From: Myxococcota bacterium | Lineage (GTDB): Bacteria; Myxococcota_A; UBA9160; UBA6930 | Direction: 5' to 3' | Assembly: GCA_965223415.1 (NCBI GenBank) | Contig: OZ245002.1 | Location: 3,104,001 to 3,168,000 of the forward strand | DNA: 64,000 bases | Shown here: in pieces, positions 1-8,577 of the stretch | Layout of the letters: each line of letters begins with the position of its first letter | How positions within the stretch are numbered: position 1 is the stretch's first letter | Made by a program: the position numbers and the translations under genes | The notes under the pieces: generated by a model | The model's database searches: none | Told to the model about the DNA's origin: nothing | Seen by the model: the letters and a program-made list of their open reading frames with translations, nothing else

Positions 1-376
1 CCATGAAGATCTTGCGGCCGTCCGAGAAAGTGACGTCGCGTCCGTTGGCCTTGCAAGCCGGTTGGCAACGCTTGTCCTTGGCCTGGTAGCCCCGCACGAC
101 GATCTCCGCGCCGATCTTGAGCGTGTTCTTGTTCAGGCCGGCTCGCAGGAGCGTGTTGGGGGTGCCGCCCTCGACCATCCAGGTGACGCTGGTGCCGTCG
201 TCCCGGGCCACGTCGACGTGGATCCAGGCGTGGGGATTGATCCACTCGATCTTCGAGACCTTGCCTTGGACGGTCACCGGGGCGTTCGCGTCGAACTCGG
301 CGGCGAAGGCGTGGTGGGCAGCGGCAGGAGTGCTGATCCATGCCAGGGCCAGCGAGATCGGGAGCAGCACCTTCAT
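1..376 (-). CDS. DUF6152-like secreted protein (3' end runs off the window)
   Basis: Not in the ORF track; read manually from ATG 376: MKVLLPISLALAWISTPAAA-HHAFAAEFD...IEWINPHAWIHVDV...WMVEGGTPNTL, the HHxFAAEFD/WxNPH pattern of this family after a signal peptide. Confidence 0.8.
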   Translation of the reverse strand, partial: MKVLLPISLALAWISTPAAAHHAFAAEFDANAPVTVQGKVSKIEWINPHAWIHVDVARDDGTSVTWMVEGGTPNTLLRAGLNKNTLKIGAEIVVRGYQAKDKRCQPACKANGRDVTFSDGRKIFM

Positions 377-380
377 CGGA

Positions 381-1340
381 TCAGTCCTCCGCTCGGGCGC
401 CCGCCAGGATGTTCGTGAGGGAGTAGTTGCCCTCGTGGCAGGCGTACTCGTAGATCCGGCCTTCCGCGGCGAGGAACGGGACCTCTCCCTTCCACACCTG
501 GGTGTAGACCTTCGGATCCTCCACCTCGAAGCGGTACTCGATCTCCCGCTCGCCGGTCCGGGTGAAGCGCTCGACCACCCGCGCGTCCGGCGAGAGCCAG
601 ATGCGGTGGCGCAGGGAGGCGCGGAAGCTCTGCTGGGGATGGAAGTTGGTCGTCTCGACCACGAGCGTGTCGCCTTCCCAACGCCCGATCGAATCGCCGA
701 ACCAGCGCTGGATCGGCGCCGGCAGGCGCTCGTCGTCGATGCGGATGATGCGGGCGTCGTGGTTCATCTCGACCAGGATCATCACGTAGCCCGGCGCCTG
801 CACGATCTGGTAGTGGTTGTTGTAGAGGACGGGCAACATGGGCGGGCCGCCGGTGGAGCCGAAGCCGACCAGACAGCGCTCGCCGAGCAGCCGGGTCTCC
901 GGGTCGTCGGCGTTGCGGAGGCCCCAGAAGCGGCCCGCCAGCTTCGCCCAGCCGCGCCAGGAGTAGGGGACCTTGCCGTCCGGAGGGTCGACGATCAGGG
1001 AGCTGCGGATCTCCCCGCCCACGACCGCCATTCGCGTGCCCGGATCCATCCAGAAGGTGTTGTAGCCGCCGACGTTCTCGCCCTCGGGAAGATCGCCCTC
1101 CGGGACGTCGTCGACGGACTCGAAGAACTCCGCGGTTCCCTGCTCGATGCGACGCGCCTCCTCCGGCGTGAGCACCAGCTTCTCGATCTCGTCCGGTCGC
1201 TCGAGGCCGGTGATCGTCGCGTTCGTCCAGGTGCCCTGGAGGTCCGGCACGCCCCAGGCCATGCGCGGAAGCGTCCAGCTCTCCTCCGCCCCGGCCGGCG
1301 CGGCCAGGCCGAGGAGCGCCAGGAGCCAGAGCGTCTTCAC
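381..1340 (-). CDS. Conserved hypothetical secreted protein (PDLxGxW ... GDSxGxWEGDTLVVET ... YEYACHEGNY type)
   Basis: C-terminal part of ORF 381..2141; GTG at 1340 overlaps the upstream stop (GTGA); signal peptide VKTLWLLALLGLAAPAGA. Confidence 0.75.
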   Translation of the reverse strand: MKTLWLLALLGLAAPAGAEESWTLPRMAWGVPDLQGTWTNATITGLERPDEIEKLVLTPEEARRIEQGTAEFFESVDDVPEGDLPEGENVGGYNTFWMDPGTRMAVVGGEIRSSLIVDPPDGKVPYSWRGWAKLAGRFWGLRNADDPETRLLGERCLVGFGSTGGPPMLPVLYNNHYQIVQAPGYVMILVEMNHDARIIRIDDERLPAPIQRWFGDSIGRWEGDTLVVETTNFHPQQSFRASLRHRIWLSPDARVVERFTRTGEREIEYRFEVEDPKVYTQVWKGEVPFLAAEGRIYEYACHEGNYSLTNILAGARAED

Positions 1341-2149
1341 GGAAGGCGCTCCTTGCGCAGGTGCCCGTAGAGGAGCTCTTCGACGAACTCGACGCAGTTG
1401 AACTGCATCAGCTCCGCGTCCGGGTCGGCGTGCTTGTAGAGGTGCATGCGGATCGTCCACGGCTTCGTGAAGACCTTCGGGTCCTCGAGGGTGGCCTCGT
1501 ACCGCATCAGGTGGTCGCCGGTCTTCGTGAAGTGCTCGACGACGCGGAGCTGCTCGCTGTGGAAGTTGCCGGCCCGGTCGAGCCAGGTCTGGTCGTTCTG
1601 GCCGGTCGTCTCGATCACCAGGGTGTCGCCCTCGAAGCGGCCCACCGACTGGCCCATCCAGGAGTCGAGGGGCGCGGGGCCCGGATCGTCCAGGTGCACG
1701 TTGCGCACGGCCCCAGCGTACTCGTAGGCGAAGAAGAGGGCGTCCTCGTTCTGGAGGATCTGGAAGGCGTAGGGCAGGTAGGTCGCCCGCGGGATGCCGG
1801 GCTGGTAGCACTTCACCTCCGGATCCCGCTCCGCCCAGAGGGCGCGGTTCTCGTCGCGCTGGGCGCGGGCCCAGTCCTGGTAGGGGATCTCGCCCCCGAC
1901 CACGACGCCCTGGCCCGCCGGCACGGCTCCGACGGCGCCGAGGGCGAGCACGTCCTTGCCGGGCACCGGACCGTGGGGCCCTTCCCGGAACAGCCGCCCC
2001 GCCCGGGCCGGGTGGGCCTCCAGGTCGTCGTTCGCCCGGCTCAGCACCTGCCAGATGCCGTTCAGGTCCGGGCGCCTCGCCTCCTCCGCGGCGGGTGCGG
2101 GAGCGGCCAGGAGCAGGAGGATCGGCCAGGCCGAGAGACACCTCGTCAT
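1337..2149 (-). CDS. Conserved hypothetical secreted protein, paralogous to 381..1340
   Basis: Signal peptide; PDLNGIW, DPEVKCYQPGIPR, WMGQSVGRFEGDTLVIET, FNCVE motifs. Confidence 0.75.
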   Translation of the reverse strand: MTRCLSAWPILLLLAAPAPAAEEARRPDLNGIWQVLSRANDDLEAHPARAGRLFREGPHGPVPGKDVLALGAVGAVPAGQGVVVGGEIPYQDWARAQRDENRALWAERDPEVKCYQPGIPRATYLPYAFQILQNEDALFFAYEYAGAVRNVHLDDPGPAPLDSWMGQSVGRFEGDTLVIETTGQNDQTWLDRAGNFHSEQLRVVEHFTKTGDHLMRYEATLEDPKVFTKPWTIRMHLYKHADPDAELMQFNCVEFVEELLYGHLRKERLP

Positions 2150-2172
2150 CGAGGCGAGTGTAACGGCCCGGG

Positions 2173-3312
2173 TCAGAAGCCGGTGAGGCGTGCGAAGCGA
2201 TCCCGGTGGTAGGCGGCGTCGCCCAGGGTGAGCTCGGCGGCCTTGGCCCGCTTCAGGAAGAGCCCGATCTCCTCCTCGTCGGTCATGCCAATGCCGCCGT
2301 GCATCTGCAGGCCCTCGCAGGTGACGAGGCTCGCCGTATCGGAGCAGCGCGCCTTCGCGGCGCTGACCACCCGCCCGGCGAAGGGCCGGCCTTCGTCCAG
2401 GGCGCGGAGCGCGTCGAGGGCGACCGCCTGGGAGAGCTCGACCTCGCAGAACATGTGGGCGGCCCGGTGCTTCAGCGCCTGGAAGGTGCCGATCAGCACG
2501 CCGAACTGCTCGCGGGTCTTCAGGTAGGCGACGGTGCGCTCGAACACCTCGCTGACCAGGCCCACCAGCTCCGCGGACAGCGCCGCGGCGGCGCGGTCGA
2601 AGACCGCGTCGAGCACGTCGGCGCCCCGGCCCACCTCGCCCAGCACGGCGTCGCCGCCGACGGAAACCCCGGAGAGCCGGATCCGCGCCCCGCCCCGGCT
2701 ATCGACCAGGCTCGTCGGCGTGATCTCGAGCCCGTCGGCGTCCGAGCCCACGAGGAAGAGCGTGATGCCGTCGCGCTCGCCCGCGGCGCCGGAGGTGCGC
2801 GCCGCCACGACGAGCCGATCGGCCACGTGCCCGTCGAGCACGAAGACCTTCTCGCCCGAGAGACGGAAGCCGTCGCCCGCCGCCTCGGCCTTGGCGTCGA
2901 TCGCGTAGGGCGCGAAGCGCCCGGTCTCCTGGAAGGCCAGGGCGAGGAACGTCGTCCCTTCGCACACGCCCGGAAGGATCGCCTGCTTCTGCTCGTCGCT
3001 GCCGGCCAGTGCCACCGCGCCGCCTCCGAGGACCACGGTCGAGAGGAACGGGTAGGGGGCGAGGGTGCGGCCGCACTCCTCGAGCACCACGCCCAGCTCC
3101 GCCAAGCCGAGGCCGGCGCCGCCGTAGGCCTCGTCGAAGGGGATGCCCGGCCAGCCCAGCTCCGCCATCTCCTTCCACAGCTTCTTCGAGAAGCCCACCG
3201 GATCCTTCGCATCGCGAAGCTCGCGCAGGTGGGTCACGGGGGAGTGCTCGCGCAGGAACTCCGCCGCCGTTTCCTTCAGGAGCTCCTGCTCTTCGGTCAG
3301 TACCAGGCTCAT
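2173..3312 (-). CDS. Acyl-CoA dehydrogenase family protein
   Basis: LTEEQELL N-terminus, REQFGVLIGTFQALKHR, QMHGGIGMT motifs. Confidence 0.93.
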   Translation of the reverse strand: MSLVLTEEQELLKETAAEFLREHSPVTHLRELRDAKDPVGFSKKLWKEMAELGWPGIPFDEAYGGAGLGLAELGVVLEECGRTLAPYPFLSTVVLGGGAVALAGSDEQKQAILPGVCEGTTFLALAFQETGRFAPYAIDAKAEAAGDGFRLSGEKVFVLDGHVADRLVVAARTSGAAGERDGITLFLVGSDADGLEITPTSLVDSRGGARIRLSGVSVGGDAVLGEVGRGADVLDAVFDRAAAALSAELVGLVSEVFERTVAYLKTREQFGVLIGTFQALKHRAAHMFCEVELSQAVALDALRALDEGRPFAGRVVSAAKARCSDTASLVTCEGLQMHGGIGMTDEEEIGLFLKRAKAAELTLGDAAYHRDRFARLTGF

Positions 3313-3388
3313 GACGGCTCCTCTCGTCGATCCTGGAGTACCAGGCTCATGACGGCTCCTCTCGTCGATCCTGGAGTACCAGGCTCAT
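3301..3388. repeat. 38-bp tandem direct repeat (2 full copies + partial third) covering the RBS and start of the downstream acyl-CoA dehydrogenase
   Basis: TACCAGGCTCATGACGGCTCCTCTCGTCGATCCTGGAG at 3301-3338 and 3339-3376, then TACCAGGCTCAT at 3377-3388. Confidence 0.95.
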
Positions 3389-3400
3389 GGTGGCTCCTCG

Positions 3401-4606
3401 TCAGTCCGGCAGGCCAAGAACACGCTTGGCGATCACGTTGAGCTGGACCTCGGAGGTCCCGCCTTCGATGGAGTTGCCCTTGGAGCGCAGCCAGCCCCGG
3501 GTCTCCATGACGTCGTGGGGCTCGAAGCCGTCCCCTTCCCAGCCGAGGCCGTCGGCTCCGCGCACGGACATCATGATCTCGGAGCGGCGCTTGTTCATCT
3601 CGCTGGCGTAGAGCTTGAACATCGAGGTGGCCGCGCCGGGGCCCTGGCCGGCCTTCGCCTGCTCGCCGCTGCGCTTGAGCGTGAGGCCGAAGCACAGGCC
3701 GTCCAGCTCCTGCTGGGCGATGCGTTCGCGGAGCGTCGGGTCGGCGAGCCTTCCGTCCGCCTCCTCGCCCAGGTAGCCGCGGGCGGTCTCGGCGAGGCCG
3801 CTTCGCGGCGCGCTCGGCCCGGCGCCCTTGCCCTTCTTCGCGGGCCGGTCCTCGCCGCCGGGCATGCCGCCGGAGAGCATCTGCCGCTCGTGCTGGAGCA
3901 GGCGCTTGGCGATGGTCCAGCCGCCGTTCAGCTCGCCGACCAGGTTACGGGCCTCGGCCTTCACGTCCTCGAAGAAGACCTGGCAGAACTCCGACGCCCC
4001 GCTGATCAGCTGGATCGGTGAGATCGTCACACCGGGCTGACGCAGGTCGAAGAGGATGAAGCTGATGCCGTCATGCTTCGGCACGTCCGGATCGGTGCGT
4101 GTCAGGCAGAAGATCCAGTCCGCCTGATGGGCGCCGGTGGTCCAGATCTTCGAGCCATTGATGATGTAGTGGTCGCCGTCGCGCACCGCGCGGGTCTGCA
4201 GGCTGGCCAGGTCCGAGCCGGAGCCCGGCTCGCTGTAGCCCTGGCACCACTGGATCTCGCCGCTCGTGATCTTCGGCAGGTGCTCCTTCTTCTGCTCCTC
4301 GTTGCCGAACTCGAGCAGCACCGGCCCCAGCATCGAGGTGCCGAAGAAGCTCACCACCGGCGCGTAGCTGGCGACCCGCGCGACTTCCTGCTGGAGGATC
4401 TTGGCCTCCTCCTTCGAGAGGCCGCCGCCGCCGTACTCCGCAGGCCAGGTCGGCGTCGTGTAGCCGCGGCTCGCCATGGCGTCGAGCCAGGCCTTCTGGT
4501 CCGTCTCGCTGGGCTGGCTCGTCGAGCCCTTCCGGATGGACGGGGGGCAGCTCGCCTCGAGCCAGGCGGTCAGCTCCTCGCGGAACGCCTCGGGGGTGGT
4601 TGTCAT
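3401..4606 (-). CDS. Acyl-CoA dehydrogenase family protein
   Basis: WCQGYSEPGSGSDLASL, NGSKIWTT, SIEGGTSEVQLNVIAKRVLGLP; start moved to ATG 4606 after GGAGG. Confidence 0.93.
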   Translation of the reverse strand: MTTTPEAFREELTAWLEASCPPSIRKGSTSQPSETDQKAWLDAMASRGYTTPTWPAEYGGGGLSKEEAKILQQEVARVASYAPVVSFFGTSMLGPVLLEFGNEEQKKEHLPKITSGEIQWCQGYSEPGSGSDLASLQTRAVRDGDHYIINGSKIWTTGAHQADWIFCLTRTDPDVPKHDGISFILFDLRQPGVTISPIQLISGASEFCQVFFEDVKAEARNLVGELNGGWTIAKRLLQHERQMLSGGMPGGEDRPAKKGKGAGPSAPRSGLAETARGYLGEEADGRLADPTLRERIAQQELDGLCFGLTLKRSGEQAKAGQGPGAATSMFKLYASEMNKRRSEIMMSVRGADGLGWEGDGFEPHDVMETRGWLRSKGNSIEGGTSEVQLNVIAKRVLGLPD

Positions 4607-4695
4607 GGGACCTCCGCTCGGGATAAGATTTGGCACTATAGCTGTCACATCCTTGGACCGCGAGGGGAGAACATGCGCTCGACGAGGGAACACCG

Positions 4696-6342
4696 ATGAG
4701 ATGGGGCCTCGGCGCGCTCGCCGCACTCGTCGTCCTGGGCCTGCTCCTGTGGGCGAACCTGACCCAGGTGCTGCTCTTCGGCATCGAGGTGCTGATGGAG
4801 CTGAGCACCCCGGTGGGTCCCCACCAGGAGATCGACTGGGCGAGCGGCCCCGACCCGCTCGGGCGCTCGCCCGGGGAGCGGCCGCCCAACGTGGTGCTGA
4901 TCCTCGCCGACGACCTCGGCTGGAACGATCTCAGCTTCGCCGGCGGCGGCGTCGCCGGTGGCACGGTGCCGACGCCCCACATCGACAGCCTCGCCGCCGA
5001 GGGCGTCAGCTTCACGAACGGCTACGCGGCCAACGGCACCTGCGCGCCGTCCCGGGCGGCGATCATGTCGGGCCGCTACGGCACGCGCTTCGGCTTCGAG
5101 TTCACGCCGACGCCCCCCGGCATGGGCGCGCTGACGGGTCGCATCGCCGGCGACATGGGCCGCCTACGGCCCACGCTTCCCGGCGAGGGAGGCGAGCGGG
5201 TCGACTACGACATGGGGATGCCGCCCTCCGAGATCACCCTCGCCGAGCTCCTGGCGGAGCAGGGCTACCACAACGTGCACATCGGCAAGTGGCACCTGGG
5301 CCGCAGCGGCGGCATGGCGGCCCACGACCAGGGCTTCGACGAGAGCCTGCTGATGGCGAGCGGCCTCTACCTGCCCGAGGACGACCCGGGCGTGGTGAAC
5401 GCGAAGCAGGACTTCGACCCCATCGACCAGTTCCTGTGGCGGGCGATGAACTACGCGGCCTCCTTCAACGGCGGTCCGGCCTTCCAGCCGGGCGGCTACC
5501 TGACCGACTACTACACCGAGGAGGCGGTCAAGGTCATCGAGGCGAACAAGGACCGGCCCTTCTTCCTCTACCTCGCCCACTGGGCGCCGCACACGCCGCT
5601 CCAGGCGACCCGGGACGACTACGAGGCGCTGGACCACGTCGAGCTGCACCGGGAGCGCGTCTATGCCGGCATGATCCGCGCCCTCGACCGCGGCGTGGGC
5701 CAGGTGCTGGACGCGCTCGAGGCCAACGGCCTCGACGAGAACACCCTGGTCCTCTTCACGTCGGACAACGGCGGCGCCGGCTACATCGGCCTGCCCGACG
5801 TGAACGCGCCCTTCCGCGGCTGGAAGATCACCCTCTTCGAGGGCGGCATCCACGTGCCCTACTTCGTGCGCTGGCCGGGCCGCATCCCGGCCGGGACCAC
5901 GGTGGACGCGCCGGTCCACGGTTTCGACCTCTACGCCACCGCGGCCGCGGCGGCCGGGGCACCGCTCCCGAGCGACCGGAAGATCGACGGTGTCGACCTC
6001 CTGCCCTTCGCCCGCGGCGAGGCCGAGGGCGTGCCCCACGAGCAGCTCTTCTGGCGCAGTGGCACCTCCCAGAGCGCGCGGGTCGGCGACTGGAAGCTCG
6101 ACGTCAGCGATCCGCCGGGGCGACACTGGCTCTTCGACCTGAGCGTCGATCCGGGAGAGCGCAACGATCTCTCGAAGGAGCGGCCGGACAAGCTCGCCGA
6201 GCTCCAAGCCGCCCTCGACGCCCACAACGCGGAGCAGGTGCCTTCCCGGTGGCCGAGTCAGGGCTCGTTCGCCGTCAACCTGGACAAGGACCTGAGCATC
6301 CCCGACGCGCCGGACGACGAGTACATCTACTGGTCGAACTGA
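4696..6342 (+). CDS. Arylsulfatase-like sulfatase with N-terminal membrane anchor/signal
   Basis: PNVVLILADDLG, CAPSRA (CxPxR formylglycine motif), GKWHLG, SDNG. Confidence 0.93.
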   Translation: MRWGLGALAALVVLGLLLWANLTQVLLFGIEVLMELSTPVGPHQEIDWASGPDPLGRSPGERPPNVVLILADDLGWNDLSFAGGGVAGGTVPTPHIDSLAAEGVSFTNGYAANGTCAPSRAAIMSGRYGTRFGFEFTPTPPGMGALTGRIAGDMGRLRPTLPGEGGERVDYDMGMPPSEITLAELLAEQGYHNVHIGKWHLGRSGGMAAHDQGFDESLLMASGLYLPEDDPGVVNAKQDFDPIDQFLWRAMNYAASFNGGPAFQPGGYLTDYYTEEAVKVIEANKDRPFFLYLAHWAPHTPLQATRDDYEALDHVELHRERVYAGMIRALDRGVGQVLDALEANGLDENTLVLFTSDNGGAGYIGLPDVNAPFRGWKITLFEGGIHVPYFVRWPGRIPAGTTVDAPVHGFDLYATAAAAAGAPLPSDRKIDGVDLLPFARGEAEGVPHEQLFWRSGTSQSARVGDWKLDVSDPPGRHWLFDLSVDPGERNDLSKERPDKLAELQAALDAHNAEQVPSRWPSQGSFAVNLDKDLSIPDAPDDEYIYWSN

Positions 6343-6364
6343 CGAGGCTTCGCGGAGGCCGACG

Positions 6365-6913
6365 CTATTCCGCGCGACTCACTTCCTCGGCGATGCGCTT
6401 GCCTGTGAGCGTCGTCTTGGACTCGAGGTACTCGTCCTCCCCCTCTGCCGGCTTGTTCGAGGTCTCGATGGTGATCGAGCCGTCCTCTTCGACGGTCGCC
6501 TTCCAGGTGGAGAAGATCCGTACCGACGTCGTCGCGATCGGCGCCAGCCCGAACTCTACGCCCAGGCCCGGGACCTCGGACGAGACGAGCTGCAGATCCC
6601 CTTCGCCCTCGAGACGATTGCCCCGGATCGTGCCCTCGCCGGTGCCGATCACCTCGGCCGGGCTCGAGGGCGAGGCCGGATCGGTGGTCTTCAGCTCCGA
6701 GTGCGAGGTGAACCGGTCGCCCTCCTGGTGGATGCTGACGATGCCGTCGATCTGGCGCTCCAGCCCGTTGCGATCCAGTGTCGCGCCCGACACCCGGTAG
6801 CGGCCGCCGAGCTCCAGGGCGGGCTTCGCCTCCTCGTCGGCCGCCGCCGGCAGCGCCGGCAGGACGAGCGCCATCCACGCGAGAATCGCCAGCAAGCGGG
6901 GCTTCGTCCTCAT
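6365..6913 (-). CDS. Hypothetical secreted protein
   Basis: ATG 6913 after GGAGG; signal peptide ending AAA; beta-strand-like mature region; no family recognised. Confidence 0.6.
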   Translation of the reverse strand: MRTKPRLLAILAWMALVLPALPAAADEEAKPALELGGRYRVSGATLDRNGLERQIDGIVSIHQEGDRFTSHSELKTTDPASPSSPAEVIGTGEGTIRGNRLEGEGDLQLVSSEVPGLGVEFGLAPIATTSVRIFSTWKATVEEDGSITIETSNKPAEGEDEYLESKTTLTGKRIAEEVSRAE

Positions 6914-7067
6914 GGTGCATCCTCCGGGCGCGAGACCTCTTTCGGCCTCCTGGAGCAGCAATCGCGATGCCAAGCGGGGGTCGGGCCAGGCGGCTCGCAG
7001 GCCCGTGGTGCCGGCGTTTGCCCCAGGGAAAGCGCGCAGCTGTCCCATTCTGGGATAGCGTGACGGA

Positions 7068-7676
7068 ATGAAGCTCTACGACTTCCCCGGAGCCCCGAAC
7101 CCCAGACGGGTGCGCATCTTCCTGGCCGAGAAGAAGCTGGAGCTACCGACCGAGGTGGTCGACGTCCCTGGAGGCGCCAACCGGACGCCGGCCTTCCTGG
7201 CCAAGAACCCCCTCGGCCTCCTTCCCGTGTTCCAGCTCGACGACGGCAGCTTCCTCTCCGAGAGCATGGCGATCTGCCGCTACCTGGACGCGCTGCACCC
7301 GGAGCCGCCCCTTTTCGGGACGAGCCCGCAGGAGGCCGCGGTGGTGGAGATGTGGAGCCGGCGTGCCGAGTGGGAGGTGTTCCGTCACGTGGGCGAGTTC
7401 TTCCGCCACACCGCGCCGTTCTTCGCCGACCGCTACGTGCAGCGGCCCGAGGTGGCCGAGGACGCACGCAACCTTGTCCTGGATCGGCTGGGCGTCTTCG
7501 ACGCCGCGCTGGCCGACCGCCGCTTCCTCACCGGCGATCGCTTCAGCGTCGCGGACATCACCGCCTGGGTGTCCGTCGACCTGGGGATCCCGTCCGCCTT
7601 CTCGCTCGGCGGCGAGACACCGCACCTGCAGCGCTGGTTCGAGGAGGTGTCGGCGCGCCCGAGCATCGAGGCCTAA
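7068..7676 (+). CDS. Glutathione S-transferase family protein
   Basis: APNPRRVRIFLAEK, NPLGLLPV, LSESMAICRYL, FSVADIT. Confidence 0.92.
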   Translation: MKLYDFPGAPNPRRVRIFLAEKKLELPTEVVDVPGGANRTPAFLAKNPLGLLPVFQLDDGSFLSESMAICRYLDALHPEPPLFGTSPQEAAVVEMWSRRAEWEVFRHVGEFFRHTAPFFADRYVQRPEVAEDARNLVLDRLGVFDAALADRRFLTGDRFSVADITAWVSVDLGIPSAFSLGGETPHLQRWFEEVSARPSIEA

Positions 7677-8569
7677 AGGCTGCCCAGGATCGGCACCGTG
7701 GGAATCGCCTGGGTATCGGCGAGCTGCTTGTCACCGACGATGCCCTGGAAGAAGGTGCTGCCGAACAGCGACTTCATGTAGTCCACGCCGGGGTAGTAGA
7801 CGATCACGGCCTGGTCGAAGCGCGCGTCGCCCTCCACGGTGACCGGCCGGCCCATGTGGATCGGGCCGTGGCCACGCGCCGCCATCCGACCCAGCATCTT
7901 GCGTCCGTAGGAGGCGTCGGCCGCCTGCTGCTCCGGCGTGCCGCGCTGCATCAGGTTGACGATCACGACCGCGTCCTCGCCGTACTCCCGCACCGCATCG
8001 AAGCGGCGTCGCATCTCCTGGAGATCCGGGTTCCCGGCCGCGGCGGGCTCGGGTGTGAGCTCCGGCGGGGGCACGTTGCCCGACACGGTGTTCACCACGT
8101 GCAGCCCCAGGAGCATCGCCGGGATGCCCAGGTTCAGCACCGGCGGCCGTTGGAAGCCGTGGGTGTAGGTGCGCTCGAAGGCAGCCAGGGCACGCCTGCG
8201 CTCCGGGCCGTCCGCTACCGCGTCGAAGTCCGCCCGGGACCGGTACTGGGTGAGGAGGACGGCGTCCCAGTCACTGCCCTCGATCTGGCTCGACGATCGC
8301 GCGGTGAGGGCCGCCAGCCCGGCATAGACGACGAGCACGCCGTCGCGGGTCTCGAGGGCGTCCCGGAGCTTGCGCACCTCCTCGAGGACGTCGCCGCCCG
8401 GTCGCACCTCCAGGAAGTCGAGGACGTGGAAGACGTCGCCGCCGTGGAAGACGGGCTGGAGATCCTGGCAGACGCTGCGGCGAGCGCGCAGGTAGCGGGC
8501 GTGCTGCCAGCCCATGGCGACGAGGCCCGTCACGAGGGCGAACACGAGGACGAGGCCGAGCACCTTCAT
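7673..8569 (-). CDS. Hypothetical membrane-anchored protein, possibly two DUF1330-like alpha/beta domains
   Basis: N-terminal TM; two segments with WDAVLLTQYRS / FDQAVIVYYPG pattern. Confidence 0.5.
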   Translation of the reverse strand: MKVLGLVLVFALVTGLVAMGWQHARYLRARRSVCQDLQPVFHGGDVFHVLDFLEVRPGGDVLEEVRKLRDALETRDGVLVVYAGLAALTARSSSQIEGSDWDAVLLTQYRSRADFDAVADGPERRRALAAFERTYTHGFQRPPVLNLGIPAMLLGLHVVNTVSGNVPPPELTPEPAAAGNPDLQEMRRRFDAVREYGEDAVVIVNLMQRGTPEQQAADASYGRKMLGRMAARGHGPIHMGRPVTVEGDARFDQAVIVYYPGVDYMKSLFGSTFFQGIVGDKQLADTQAIPTVPILGSL

Positions 8570-8577
8570 CGTTTCTC

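Noticed and set aside
3301..3388. 38-bp repeats as a CRISPR array
   Set aside because: Repeats are contiguous with no spacers, and there are no cas genes.
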